Shown: positions 1-9,993 of the stretch, piece by piece
Layout of the letters: every line of letters begins with the position of its first letter
Numbering within the stretch: position 1 is the first letter of the stretch
Source of the DNA: Limisphaerales bacterium
GTDB lineage: Bacteria > Verrucomicrobiota > Verrucomicrobiia > Limisphaerales > JAJOIW01
Assembly: GCA_965657355.1 (NCBI GenBank)
Contig: CBFHOE010000003.1
Location: 64,001-128,000, forward strand
Direction: 5' to 3'
DNA length: 64,000 nucleotides
Translations under genes and position numbers: made by a program
Notes under the pieces: model-generated
Told to the model about the DNA's origin: nothing
Database searches by the model: none
Seen by the model: only the letters and a program-made list of their open reading frames with translations

Positions 1-63
1 AGTGTGGGGTGGCTCCTCATTCTGGCAGTGGTTTTATTTGAAGATCGCGAGTTGACTTCATGA
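1..63 (+). CDS. 3' end of a membrane protein, probably an ABC-2 type permease (partial)
   Basis: Frame 1 reads SVGWLLILAVVLFEDRELTS*. A hydrophobic helix ending in LF..REL is typical of ABC-2 permease C-termini. The stop overlaps the next start (ATGA, 60-63). Confidence 0.5.
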   Translation, partial: SVGWLLILAVVLFEDRELTS

Positions 64-1961
64 TTGATCGATCTATTCAAAAAGCATCAGGAACAGTAAC
101 TTGGGCTCTATTTGTAGCAGCCATTGTCTTTGAGTTGATTGCAACCCAGGTTGGAATCTATTCAAGTCATATTGCTGCAGTTTTTGCGGTTTGTGGGTTT
201 GTAGGTTCTGCAATGGTGCAATTTATACTTCGCATTCAGCAAATGGAGTCTGAGGCATTAGCGGAGTTCAAGGAGCTAAAAACCAAAGAAGAAAATGGAG
301 GTGATCAGAATCTCTTCCAAACTTCCGAAGAGAATATCCAAAGCCGACGCGTGAGGCAACAGGTTCAAAAGTGGGGTCTACCTGTTTTTTCGGTTCTTTT
401 GGTTATTTTACAAGCTGTTCTTGGTTATTTTCTATGGCAAAAGTTTGGCAAAGAATCTGAATGGCAATCCAATGTTAGAACGCTTGGCCTGTCGGTCTTC
501 GGAGGGATGATGCTTATCACTTTTCTTATCGGAAAGTATATGGCTGGACTTGCAAAAGGTGAAGCTGAGAAATGGTTGAGATATGGAGCTTCACAACTAA
601 TTTGGATATCAGTTATTTGCTTTTTCATTAGTGGTATTATTATTGCGGATTGGGCAGGGTTCTCAGGTTGGGAAAAGTATTTAATAAAAATACTTATTAT
701 GGTGCTTTGGGTGATTAGTCTGGAAATAGCCATAGGGTTAGTTTTTGAGATCTACAGACCACGAAAAGAAGGTGAAGGAATTAGATTTTTGTTCGAGAGT
801 CGATTGCTAAGTTTTTTGAGTCACCCTGGTGGTGTTTTTGCCACGGTCGCGCAAGCTGTTGATTATCAATTTGGATTTAAGGTTTCTGAGACATGGTTTT
901 ACAAATACCTGGAAAAAGCTGTTGGTTGGATTGTTCTTGTTCAGGTGATACTTTATTGGAGCAGCACTTGTGTCATTATAGTTGATCCGAACGAGCAAGT
1001 CATCGTTGAGAGGTGGGGGAAGACAAGGGATTCAAGCTCAGGAGTGGTTGAATCTGGACTCCACTTCAAATTGCCCTGGCCATTTGAAAAATCCTACCGA
1101 TATGACACAAAATTGATTCGTCGACTCATTCTCGGCCCAATCATCAGTGAGGAGCAGTCAAATTCCCAAACGCGGTTGTGGACACAAAATATTGGTATGG
1201 CTCAGGATCTTTATCTCGTAGCTAGCAGTGATATTGTTTCCTTATCCGGCTCTGAGCCTTCCAACACAGTCCCGGTAAATTTATTATCCGTGCGAATGCC
1301 TATTCAATACCGGATAACTGACGTCACAAAATGGGCTTTGGACCATAGTAACCCAGAGGACTTATTAGCCAATATTTCACAGCGTGAGATATTTTCTTAT
1401 TTTGTCAGTCAAGATTTTGATACATTGTTAATGAGAGGCAAGTTAGATGCTTCGAAACAATTGAAATCACTGATTCAAGAGCAATGTAATACACTTGGCC
1501 TGGGAATCGAAATTATACACATAAGCCTGCACGAACTACAACCTCCGGCTGTTGTGGCAAGAGAATTTGAAGAGGTTATTGGGGCAATACAAACCAAAGA
1601 AAAATTGTTGCTTGATGCTCAAGCTTATGCTGCTGGATTAATCCCAATGGCAAAAGCCGAAGCTGTTCAGCTAATAAACCAAGCTGAAGGGAAAAAACTG
1701 GCTCTGATATCTGAAGCCGAGGGTAAATCAGCGGCGTTTACAAATCGTTTGAAGGCATACAATGCTGCGCCTGATGTTTATGCAAAGAGGACCCATATGG
1801 AGGCATTATCTCAGGCTTTATCAGGAGTTAGGAAATATCTAATATTGACTACAAATCGAACAGATAATCTGGAATTGAATTTTGAAAAAAGTATCGACCA
1901 GGCACTTTTAAATTTGAATCTTGATAAGAACAAGACTCCTAACAGAGACACTAGTAAATGA
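60..1961 (+). CDS. SPFH/band-7 (HflK-like) protein with an N-terminal multi-pass membrane domain
   Basis: About 7 hydrophobic segments, then the SPFH signature (ERWG..SGLHFKLPWPFE, LQPPAVVAREFEEV, AQAYA) and a coiled tail. Confidence 0.85.
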   Translation: MIDRSIQKASGTVTWALFVAAIVFELIATQVGIYSSHIAAVFAVCGFVGSAMVQFILRIQQMESEALAEFKELKTKEENGGDQNLFQTSEENIQSRRVRQQVQKWGLPVFSVLLVILQAVLGYFLWQKFGKESEWQSNVRTLGLSVFGGMMLITFLIGKYMAGLAKGEAEKWLRYGASQLIWISVICFFISGIIIADWAGFSGWEKYLIKILIMVLWVISLEIAIGLVFEIYRPRKEGEGIRFLFESRLLSFLSHPGGVFATVAQAVDYQFGFKVSETWFYKYLEKAVGWIVLVQVILYWSSTCVIIVDPNEQVIVERWGKTRDSSSGVVESGLHFKLPWPFEKSYRYDTKLIRRLILGPIISEEQSNSQTRLWTQNIGMAQDLYLVASSDIVSLSGSEPSNTVPVNLLSVRMPIQYRITDVTKWALDHSNPEDLLANISQREIFSYFVSQDFDTLLMRGKLDASKQLKSLIQEQCNTLGLGIEIIHISLHELQPPAVVAREFEEVIGAIQTKEKLLLDAQAYAAGLIPMAKAEAVQLINQAEGKKLALISEAEGKSAAFTNRLKAYNAAPDVYAKRTHMEALSQALSGVRKYLILTTNRTDNLELNFEKSIDQALLNLNLDKNKTPNRDTSK

Positions 1962-2896
1962 AAAGGCAACAACTTACAATATGGGTTAGCGCGATATTGG
2001 CAGTATTATTTTTGCTAATCGTATTTATGTTTCAAGTTCGTCAGACCGAAATAGCGGTCGTGACAACCTTTGGTCAAATAACAAAGAGTTTGAAAGAGCC
2101 AGGTGGATATTTTCGATGGCCGTGGCCTATTCAAAATGTTTACAAATTTGATCGTCGATTACAGAATTTTGAAGGCCGTTTTGATCAGGTGACGACATCT
2201 GACAAGCGTAGTATCACTGTTTCAATTTTTGCCGGATGGCGAGTAAAGGAACCCAATTTATTCCAGCAACGATTTAAAGGGAGCTTTGAAAGAGCAAAAG
2301 ATAACTTAGAAGATTTGGTCAGAAATGCACAAGGCAGCGTGCTCTCTCAGTATCAATTTCAGGAGCTAGTATCGACCAACAAAGCCCAGATTAAATTAAA
2401 AGAAATTGAAAATAAAATTTTGGAAACAGTTCGATCGGATTCTGATGTTCAAGACTTTGGAATAGATGTTGAGTTTATAGGGTTTAAGCGAATAGGTCTT
2501 CCAGAGAGTATTACTGCAAAAGTTTTTGATCGAATGCGTGCAGAACGAATGCGTGATGTTAAGAAAATTGAAAGTGAAGGTGAAAGTTCGGCACTTCGCA
2601 TTCGTGCTGAAGCAGATAAAGAGCGGCAACGAATTATTGCTGAGGCTCAAGCTCAGGCTACGGTGATTGAGGGGCAGGGAGAAGCTGAAGCAGCCAGGTT
2701 TTATAAAATCTTTCAGGAAAATCCGGATTTAGCCATTTTCCTTCTAGAGACAGAGACTATAAAAGCGCTTTCCGAGAGAACGACTTTGATTTTGGATCAG
2801 AACACAGCGCCTTTTCACCGCCTAAAACAGGCTGAAGAAAATCTGGGGAAAAATCAAATCACACCAGACAAAGATACGGGTAATGGCCAACCTTAA
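1958..2896 (+). CDS. hflC: HflC-like SPFH protein
   Basis: Single TM, FQVRQTEIAVVTTFG, PWPIQNV.KFD.R, VFDRMRAER, GEAEAARFY. ATGA overlap with the upstream gene. Confidence 0.85.
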   Translation: MKRQQLTIWVSAILAVLFLLIVFMFQVRQTEIAVVTTFGQITKSLKEPGGYFRWPWPIQNVYKFDRRLQNFEGRFDQVTTSDKRSITVSIFAGWRVKEPNLFQQRFKGSFERAKDNLEDLVRNAQGSVLSQYQFQELVSTNKAQIKLKEIENKILETVRSDSDVQDFGIDVEFIGFKRIGLPESITAKVFDRMRAERMRDVKKIESEGESSALRIRAEADKERQRIIAEAQAQATVIEGQGEAEAARFYKIFQENPDLAIFLLETETIKALSERTTLILDQNTAPFHRLKQAEENLGKNQITPDKDTGNGQP

Positions 2897-2910
2897 TACC
2901 TGAAAAAATT

Positions 2911-3993
2911 ATGCCGCAGAATCCGGGGGAAAAAACTAACCATTCACCATTAGATGAACTTGATAACAACCGTCATCAAGCTTTATCTGATGCCCTGAAG
3001 AGTAGTTTTATTATTATCCGGTTTGTGATGTTAGCCGTTGTAGCTGTCATAGTTGGATCTGGTGTTTTGATGGTAGAGCAGAATCAAGTTGCCATATTGC
3101 TGCGATTTGGAAAGCCTGTGATTACCGAGGGAAACCCATTACTACAGCCTGGTTTGCATTTCGCATTTCCAGATCCAATCGATGAGAAAGTTTTTGTAAA
3201 TGTGGGGGAAGCCATGTCAGTGAAGTCTTCGGTTGGCTGGTATAAGGTTGATCCTGAGCGTGAGATTAGGGGGCTAGGTCCGGAGCCAAAGGGGTTTTTA
3301 GTGCCGAGGCAAGACGGATACCTAATGTCTGCTGATGGAAACATTTTTCATGCTCAGGCAACACTAAAATACCGGATTTCTGATCCGTTAAAATTCGCAC
3401 TTGATTTCCAATCAACTACAAATGTATTGCGCGATTTATTGGACAATTCTTTGGTTCATTCCGCTGCCCAATTTACGGCACAAGAAGCGATCTATTCAAA
3501 ACAGGCAGAGTTCAAGGAAGCCATTACAGCTCAATTAAACAATATGGTTAATGATTACAGGTTAGGGATTGTTATGGATCCTTTAGATTTGGAAGTAAGA
3601 CCACCTGCTGACGTTAGAGAAGCATTTGAAATGGTAATGGCAAAAGATCAAGAGTGGAGCCAATTGATGAGTGAGGCGCAAAGTTATAAGAATGAAGTAA
3701 CACTCAAGGCAATTGGCGAAGCGGAAGCAATCAAATTGTCTGGCATCTCTCGATCAAATCAGGTGGTTAGAATGCTTGCCTCTGATGCTGAATTTTTTAA
3801 GGGGCAAATTGATTCTTATAAACAAAATCCCTCATTATTTGAACGCCGCGTGATGATGCAAATTGTCGGGCCGATATTAACGAATGCGACTGACATATTT
3901 TTGGTGCCTTCTGGTGAAGGACGCAAAGGTGAATTAAAAATAAAACTTAATCCACTGCCGCCTGCATCCAAATCACCAGTAGGGCCCCAATAA
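2911..3993 (+). CDS. HflK-like SPFH protein
   Basis: Single TM, LLRFGK..PGLHFAFPDPIDE, DGYLMSADGNIFH, PPADVREAFEMV. Confidence 0.85.
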   Translation: MPQNPGEKTNHSPLDELDNNRHQALSDALKSSFIIIRFVMLAVVAVIVGSGVLMVEQNQVAILLRFGKPVITEGNPLLQPGLHFAFPDPIDEKVFVNVGEAMSVKSSVGWYKVDPEREIRGLGPEPKGFLVPRQDGYLMSADGNIFHAQATLKYRISDPLKFALDFQSTTNVLRDLLDNSLVHSAAQFTAQEAIYSKQAEFKEAITAQLNNMVNDYRLGIVMDPLDLEVRPPADVREAFEMVMAKDQEWSQLMSEAQSYKNEVTLKAIGEAEAIKLSGISRSNQVVRMLASDAEFFKGQIDSYKQNPSLFERRVMMQIVGPILTNATDIFLVPSGEGRKGELKIKLNPLPPASKSPVGPQ

Positions 3994-4022
3994 AAGAAGC
4001 TTGAAGGTAACTTAATGAAACA

Positions 4023-5972
4023 ATGACTGAAGCCGATAAACCACTTTTTGACACAACTGCGAGTGAATTATCATCACACACTGGTGATGATTATGACGAC
4101 AGTATGCGGTCCATTATATCGAAATTAGTCTTAACTTTTTTGGGTTTCTTATGTCTTTTAAATTCTCTGCTGGTTGACAATTTTTTTGATAAAGGTGCCG
4201 CAGTTGCCAGTATCAGCTCTCTTTTGGGCGCGATCATATTATCTGTTCCAGTTTTTGGAATGGCTTTGCGGGATATCCGAAAAGGAACACTCAGTATTAA
4301 TGAGCTTGTGAGCTTGGCGCTTCTAGCAACATTTGCTCAAGGAGATTATCTTACTGCTGGTTTGGTTGCTTTCTTTATGCTCCTAGCTGAAATCATACTC
4401 AACCGAACAGCAGTAGGTGCAAGAGCAAGTATAGCCTCACTTATTCAGTTAACGCCAGATGTTGCTATTCGAATGAATAGCGATGGTTCAACCGACGAAA
4501 TTAAAACTCGTGATTTGGCTGCTGGTGATATTATTCGAGTAAAACCTGGTGATAATATTCCTGCCGATGGAATTGTTATCAGCGGAATTAGTTCTGTAAA
4601 CCAGGCAACGATCACCGGAGAATCTTTGCCTGTTGACAAAACTGATGGAGATGAAGTGTTTGCCGGTACTTCTAATCTCAATGGAGTCTTAGAAATACGA
4701 GTGAGTCAGGTTGCCGAAAAAACGACCATTGGCCAAGTTCGCGACCTTATTATCAAAGCCGAGCAAACGAAACTTCCTCTCATGCGTATTATTGATCAGT
4801 ATATGGGCTACTATACACCACTGGTCTTGGTCATTTCAGCCATGGTTTGGCTTTTTACAAAAGACATGAACCGAGTCATTACGGTTATGGTTGTGATGTG
4901 TCCCGTGGCTTTTGTGTTGGCAACCCCCAGCGCGATGGTAGCCGCTCTTTCTGCAGCATCACGACTTGGGATTCTTATAAAAAATGTCGCTGATTTGGAA
5001 GCTGCTGGCCGGATAACTGGATTCATTTTTGACAAAACGGGGACTTTGACTACGGGTGAGTTAGCTGTTCAAAGGTTAGTTCCCATGGGAGATATTCAAC
5101 CAGCCGAACTTTTATTGCTCGCTGGCTCTGCAGAATCATTCAGTAATCATCCAACAGCCAAGGCCTTGGTAAAATTAGCCAAGGAGGCTCAGGTAGAGCT
5201 GGAAGAACCAAAAGAATTTCGGGAAGTAACAGGCAAAGGGGTTAAGGCTATAGTGAAAGGAGCACATGTTTCTGTGGGTCGCGGGAAATGGCTTAATGAG
5301 TCAGGTGTAGAATTTGATATTGAATCGGTCGTAGATTTGGACGAGACCGAAGGCTTCAGCCTTATTTTTGTAGCAAAGAATAATCAGCTAATTGGCTGGG
5401 TAGGATTGAGAGACCAAACAAGGGATCAAGCACAGTCCGCCTTGACCAAGCTGGAAGAGCTGAATGTAAAAAGAATTGCTATGGTGACCGGTGATAGAGA
5501 GCCAGTAGCAAAAAGAGTTGCTTCTGAAATTGGGTGTCGTGAAGTTTCGGCAGATTGTCTCCCTCAGGACAAAGTTGATTTTGTTGATAATATCAAAAAG
5601 CAAGGATTTCGGGTTGCGGTTGTAGGAGACGGTGTCAATGACGCCCCTGCTTTAGCTGCGGGAGATTTGGGAATAGCCATGGGGGCTGCAGGAAGTGAAG
5701 TTGCCATAAATAGCGCGACCATAGCTTTGATGAATAATGACCTTACCAAACTCCCATTTCTGGTCCAATTATCTAGAACTACACGACGAGTAATAAATCA
5801 AAATTTTTTATTAGGCTTGTTATTTATTTTAGGTGGCCTTGTGCTAGCTGCTGCCGGGTATCTGAATCCAGTGATTGCCGCGGTATTTCAAAATGCGGGA
5901 TCTTTATTGGTTGTCTTTAACAGCGCTCGATTAGTCAGGCAGGGCGAGGCCATGGATACGAATACTGAATAG
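4023..5972 (+). CDS. P1B-type (heavy-metal family) cation-translocating ATPase with atypical ligand motifs
   Basis: TGES, DKTGTLT, SNHP, GDGVNDAP. TM motif is CPV rather than CPC. No N-terminal HMA domain. Confidence 0.92.
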   Translation: MTEADKPLFDTTASELSSHTGDDYDDSMRSIISKLVLTFLGFLCLLNSLLVDNFFDKGAAVASISSLLGAIILSVPVFGMALRDIRKGTLSINELVSLALLATFAQGDYLTAGLVAFFMLLAEIILNRTAVGARASIASLIQLTPDVAIRMNSDGSTDEIKTRDLAAGDIIRVKPGDNIPADGIVISGISSVNQATITGESLPVDKTDGDEVFAGTSNLNGVLEIRVSQVAEKTTIGQVRDLIIKAEQTKLPLMRIIDQYMGYYTPLVLVISAMVWLFTKDMNRVITVMVVMCPVAFVLATPSAMVAALSAASRLGILIKNVADLEAAGRITGFIFDKTGTLTTGELAVQRLVPMGDIQPAELLLLAGSAESFSNHPTAKALVKLAKEAQVELEEPKEFREVTGKGVKAIVKGAHVSVGRGKWLNESGVEFDIESVVDLDETEGFSLIFVAKNNQLIGWVGLRDQTRDQAQSALTKLEELNVKRIAMVTGDREPVAKRVASEIGCREVSADCLPQDKVDFVDNIKKQGFRVAVVGDGVNDAPALAAGDLGIAMGAAGSEVAINSATIALMNNDLTKLPFLVQLSRTTRRVINQNFLLGLLFILGGLVLAAAGYLNPVIAAVFQNAGSLLVVFNSARLVRQGEAMDTNTE

Positions 5973-5997
5973 TCTTTGTTCGTTTTATTTTTGCACT

Positions 5998-6027
5998 AAA
6001 AAACCTCTGTCCCTAATGGAACAGAGG
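5998..6027 (-). terminator. Intrinsic terminator downstream of rho
   Basis: Minus strand CCTCTGTTCC-ATTA-GGGACAGAGG (10-bp stem, one G-U) followed by TTTTTT, 33 nt past the rho stop. Confidence 0.75.
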
Positions 6028-6060
6028 AGATTAATTGTAGTAAATTTTTATCTACGGTTC

Positions 6061-7644
6061 TTATTTCCCAAGTGAGAGTAGAAACTCGATATTATTTTTT
6101 GTGTTTTTGAGTTTACTTAATAAGAGCTCCATCGACTCAACTGGAGGCACACCCGTCAGGGCTCTTCTAAGAACGACTACCTTGTCGTATTCTTGAGGGT
6201 GATAGAGGAGCTCTTCTTTCCGCGTTCCTGAATGCTCTACATTAATTGATGGGAAAATCCTACGGTCAACTAATGATCTATCAAGGTGAACTTCCATGTT
6301 ACCGGTCCCTTTGAATTCTTCGAAAATAACCTCATCCATTCGGGACCCGGTATCAATCAGTGCCGTTGCTATAATGGTTAGTGAGCCTCCTTCTTCAATA
6401 TTTCTGGCGGCTCCGAAAAAGCGTTTTGGTTTGTGCAAAGCATTGGCATCGACACCACCAGATAGGATCTTTCCTGAATGTGGTTGGACTGTGTTGTATG
6501 CTCTTGCAAGTCGTGTAATTGAGTCCAAAAGAATCACAACATCTTTTTTGTGTTCGACCATTCTTTTTGCTTTCTCAATGACCATTTCAGCAACCTGGAT
6601 GTGTCTTTCAGGTGGTTCATCAAATGTTGAGCTGACGACCTCTGCAGGTTTACATGTCCGTTCCATATCTGTCACCTCTTCAGGTCTTTCATCAATTAGA
6701 AGGATAAACAGGTAACAATCAGGGCTATTTTTAACTATGGAGTTAGCCAGATTCTGCATCAGAACTGTTTTACCTGTTCGTGGAGGGGCGACAATGAGTC
6801 CTCTTGTCCCTTTACCAATTGGACAAACTAGATCTAAAACCCTGGCTGATAAATCTTCTGGGCCCGTTTCTAGTAGGAACCTTTCTTCAGGAAATAATGG
6901 GGTAAGGTTGTCAAAGTGCGTCTTATCTTTTGCTTTCTCTGGGTCTTCCTTATCAACTGCTTCGACTTTTAGGAGCGCAAAGAACCTTTCTTTTTCCTTT
7001 GGTGGTCTAATTTGACCAGCTACCAAATCACCTGTTTGCAGGTCAAACCGCCGGATTTGTGATGGTGAAACGTAAACATCTTCAGGACACGGGAGGTAGT
7101 TAAAACTTTGAGATCTGAGAAACCCGAAACCTTCAGGAAGGATTTCTAATACCCCCTCAGCAAACAAAGTTCCTTTTCTTTCAGCATTTTTTTGAAGAAT
7201 AGAGAAGATAACCTCATGTTTCTTCATGGTGCCAAAATTCTGGATATCTAAATCTTTGGCGATGTCGTTGAGTTCATTTATCCCCATGCTTTGGAGCGCG
7301 GAGATATTCACCGTGCGCGGATCTTGAAGGTCCGTTGGAGCCATTTGCTGCCCTTTTTCCAATTCATCAGGATCGTCCTTGGGAACACTTTTAGCTCTAG
7401 GCTCTTGAACTTCCTTATCAGTTTCTACTGCCTGTTCTTCTTGGGGCTGCGTAGACTTCCTCGTCGCTTTTTTCCTCGCTGTCTTCTTAGCGGCTTTGGT
7501 GTTTTCCGAAGATGTCGATTGGTCTGACTCGTCATCAACTTGTTCTAGGGGAAGCTCATTTATTTCTTCTTTATCCTGAACTTTTGAAGAAGTCTTTTTC
7601 GAAACAGTTTTACGTTTAACCGTTTTTGTGGTGGTTTTTGGCAT
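6061..7644 (-). CDS. rho: Transcription termination factor Rho with a ~110-aa low-complexity N-terminal extension
   Basis: [56 protein letters not shown]. Confidence 0.98.
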   Translation of the reverse strand: MPKTTTKTVKRKTVSKKTSSKVQDKEEINELPLEQVDDESDQSTSSENTKAAKKTARKKATRKSTQPQEEQAVETDKEVQEPRAKSVPKDDPDELEKGQQMAPTDLQDPRTVNISALQSMGINELNDIAKDLDIQNFGTMKKHEVIFSILQKNAERKGTLFAEGVLEILPEGFGFLRSQSFNYLPCPEDVYVSPSQIRRFDLQTGDLVAGQIRPPKEKERFFALLKVEAVDKEDPEKAKDKTHFDNLTPLFPEERFLLETGPEDLSARVLDLVCPIGKGTRGLIVAPPRTGKTVLMQNLANSIVKNSPDCYLFILLIDERPEEVTDMERTCKPAEVVSSTFDEPPERHIQVAEMVIEKAKRMVEHKKDVVILLDSITRLARAYNTVQPHSGKILSGGVDANALHKPKRFFGAARNIEEGGSLTIIATALIDTGSRMDEVIFEEFKGTGNMEVHLDRSLVDRRIFPSINVEHSGTRKEELLYHPQEYDKVVVLRRALTGVPPVESMELLLSKLKNTKNNIEFLLSLGK

Positions 7645-7760
7645 AGTTGAATCTGGAATCCAGCCGACTAGAGGATCACATCATGTAGTTGTTGCGCCCC
7701 ATCACACGGGGCACTAATACCGTCGACCTTCGTCAGTTATCGTTGTAAAACCGTCGTTTG

Positions 7761-9923
7761 TCAATAGGGTAGTGGAAAAATTGAGGTGAGTTCATGAACC
7801 CTCTTAAGAACTCCTGACTGAACTTCTGCATTTTCTATATCTCCAAGAACTTCCGAGATCATATCAGCAATTGCCATCATTTCCGGTTCTTTCATTCCTC
7901 TCGTTGTAACAGCCGGGGAGCCAATTCGAACACCGCTTGCCTTGAATGGTGATAGGGTTTCAAACGGAATTGTATTCTTGTTGAGAGTAATTCCTGCCTG
8001 ATCTAAAGCGTGTTGGCATTGCTTTCCAGTGAGGCCTTTTTGGTTTACATCGACTAGGATGAGGTGATTGTCGGTTCCACCGCTGACTATTCTAAATCCA
8101 TTTCTAGACATCCCTTCCGCCAGAGCAGAGGCATTCTTTTTAACCTGGATTTGATACTCTTTGAATTCCGGTTGCATGGCTTCTCTGAAACATAACGCTT
8201 TGGCCGCAATGACATGCTCAAGTGGCCCTCCTTGGATTCCTGGGAAAACTTTTGAATCGATGGCTTTTCCGTATTGCTCGCGACAAAGAATAAGACCTCC
8301 CCTCGGTCCCCTGAGCGTTTTATGGGTTGTCGTAGTGACAAAGTCAGCGTGATTAACTGGAGATGGGTGTTCCCCACTAGCCACTAGCCCTGCGATATGA
8401 GCTATATCCGCTAGAAGAAGAGCCCCAACTTCTTTGGCAATTTCTCCCATTCTTTCAAAATTAATTTCACGGGAGTAGGCGCTGGCACCAACAGTGATCA
8501 TTTTTGGCTTATGCTCGGCAGCCATTTCCGCTAGTTGGTTGTAGTCGATTTTTTCATCGCTCTCTCGAACTCCATAGTGGACGACATCATAAAAGATGCC
8601 TGAAAAGTTAGCTGCGTTCCCGTGGGTTAAGTGACCACCATGGGAGAGGTCCATAGTTAGTATTTTGTCACCTGGCTTTAGGAAAGCAAAATAGACAGCC
8701 ATGTTGGCTGAACTGCCTGAATGAGGTTGGACGTTGGCGTGCTCCGCACCAAAGAGCTCTTTTGCTCGTTCTATGGCCAGTGTTTCCATGTCATCGATGA
8801 ATTCACATCCGCCGTACCACCTTTTCCCCGGGTATCCTTCTGCGTATTTGTTAGTTAAGACGGAGCCCTGCACTGCCATCACAGCTGGACTTGTAAAATT
8901 CTCACTGGCAATGAGTTCGATATGATTTTGTTGTCTCAGCCTTTCTTTCTCCATGTGAGATGCAATCTCGGCATCTTTAGAAGAAACAACGGAGTCTGAA
9001 AGTTTATTGACTCTTCGTTCATGCCTCTCTCCTTCGAATTCCGTGTTGAGAAAAGTTTCAACAATTTCAGAAGCGACTTTTGGGTCGACGAAATTCTGTC
9101 CCAGGCAGAGAACGTTGGCGTCGTTGTGTTTTCTGCAGAGTTCCGCCACTTCTTTGCTTTGAGCTAAAGCAGCTCTAATACCTGGTTTTTTATTTGCTGC
9201 TATACTCATCCCGACACCAGAGCTGCATACAAGGATTCCCTTTGAAGCATTTTTGTCTCTAATTTGCCTGGTGACTAGGTCGGAGTATTCTGGATAATCG
9301 GTGGAGTCTTTCGAATGCGTCCCTAGGTCGAGTACGTCGAGGCCAAGCCCCAATAGCTGGGTTTTGATTGATTCCTTGAGGTCAAATCCGGCGTGATCCG
9401 AACCTATGGCAACAGAGTTTTTCGGTGCATCCTGCATTGAGATAGTCTTATCTAGTTCTTTGATTATTGAGTGAATTCCTTGATTTATTTGGTCTCTGCA
9501 AAGTCTGTAAACTTCGAGTGGCCCACCGATTGGATCGGCAATTTCTTTTTTATCTGGCCCGACATTCGTGTCAAAATGCCGAACTAAAAATGTTTTGGGA
9601 GCTGCCTCTGGAAAGAAATGGGTAATCGCCATGACATGATTCCATGTCATACCAAAAATATAGTCCGCTTGATCGACCATCTCTCGGGTAATTTTCGAGC
9701 TCTTTTGTCTAGTGATATCCACGCCTACCTCTTTGGTTGCCTCTACGGCGTTGAGTGATGGCGGTAGGCCATCCATGGCGTCCATTCCCGCGGACAAGAT
9801 GGTGAATGTGTCTTTATGCTCTCCTAGTGCGTCTCTGAATAGGCCCTCAGCCATTGGGCTTCGGCATACATTCCCTGTGCAAATAAATAGTATTGTTTTC
9901 GTATTGGTCATTTCAGACGCCAT
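7761..9923 (-). CDS. glyA: Triple fusion: LMW protein phosphatase + ribose-5-phosphate isomerase B + serine hydroxymethyltransferase
   Basis: [19 protein letters not shown] (LMW-PTP); [26 protein letters not shown] (RpiB); [29 protein letters not shown] (SHMT). One uninterrupted ORF. Confidence 0.95.
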   Translation of the reverse strand: MASEMTNTKTILFICTGNVCRSPMAEGLFRDALGEHKDTFTILSAGMDAMDGLPPSLNAVEATKEVGVDITRQKSSKITREMVDQADYIFGMTWNHVMAITHFFPEAAPKTFLVRHFDTNVGPDKKEIADPIGGPLEVYRLCRDQINQGIHSIIKELDKTISMQDAPKNSVAIGSDHAGFDLKESIKTQLLGLGLDVLDLGTHSKDSTDYPEYSDLVTRQIRDKNASKGILVCSSGVGMSIAANKKPGIRAALAQSKEVAELCRKHNDANVLCLGQNFVDPKVASEIVETFLNTEFEGERHERRVNKLSDSVVSSKDAEIASHMEKERLRQQNHIELIASENFTSPAVMAVQGSVLTNKYAEGYPGKRWYGGCEFIDDMETLAIERAKELFGAEHANVQPHSGSSANMAVYFAFLKPGDKILTMDLSHGGHLTHGNAANFSGIFYDVVHYGVRESDEKIDYNQLAEMAAEHKPKMITVGASAYSREINFERMGEIAKEVGALLLADIAHIAGLVASGEHPSPVNHADFVTTTTHKTLRGPRGGLILCREQYGKAIDSKVFPGIQGGPLEHVIAAKALCFREAMQPEFKEYQIQVKKNASALAEGMSRNGFRIVSGGTDNHLILVDVNQKGLTGKQCQHALDQAGITLNKNTIPFETLSPFKASGVRIGSPAVTTRGMKEPEMMAIADMISEVLGDIENAEVQSGVLKRVHELTSIFPLPY

Positions 9924-9993
9924 CGCTCTTATATAGGATGAGCGATGTCACACGCAGGTCAATATCCAAATCCAAAATCATGCGCAATTATTA

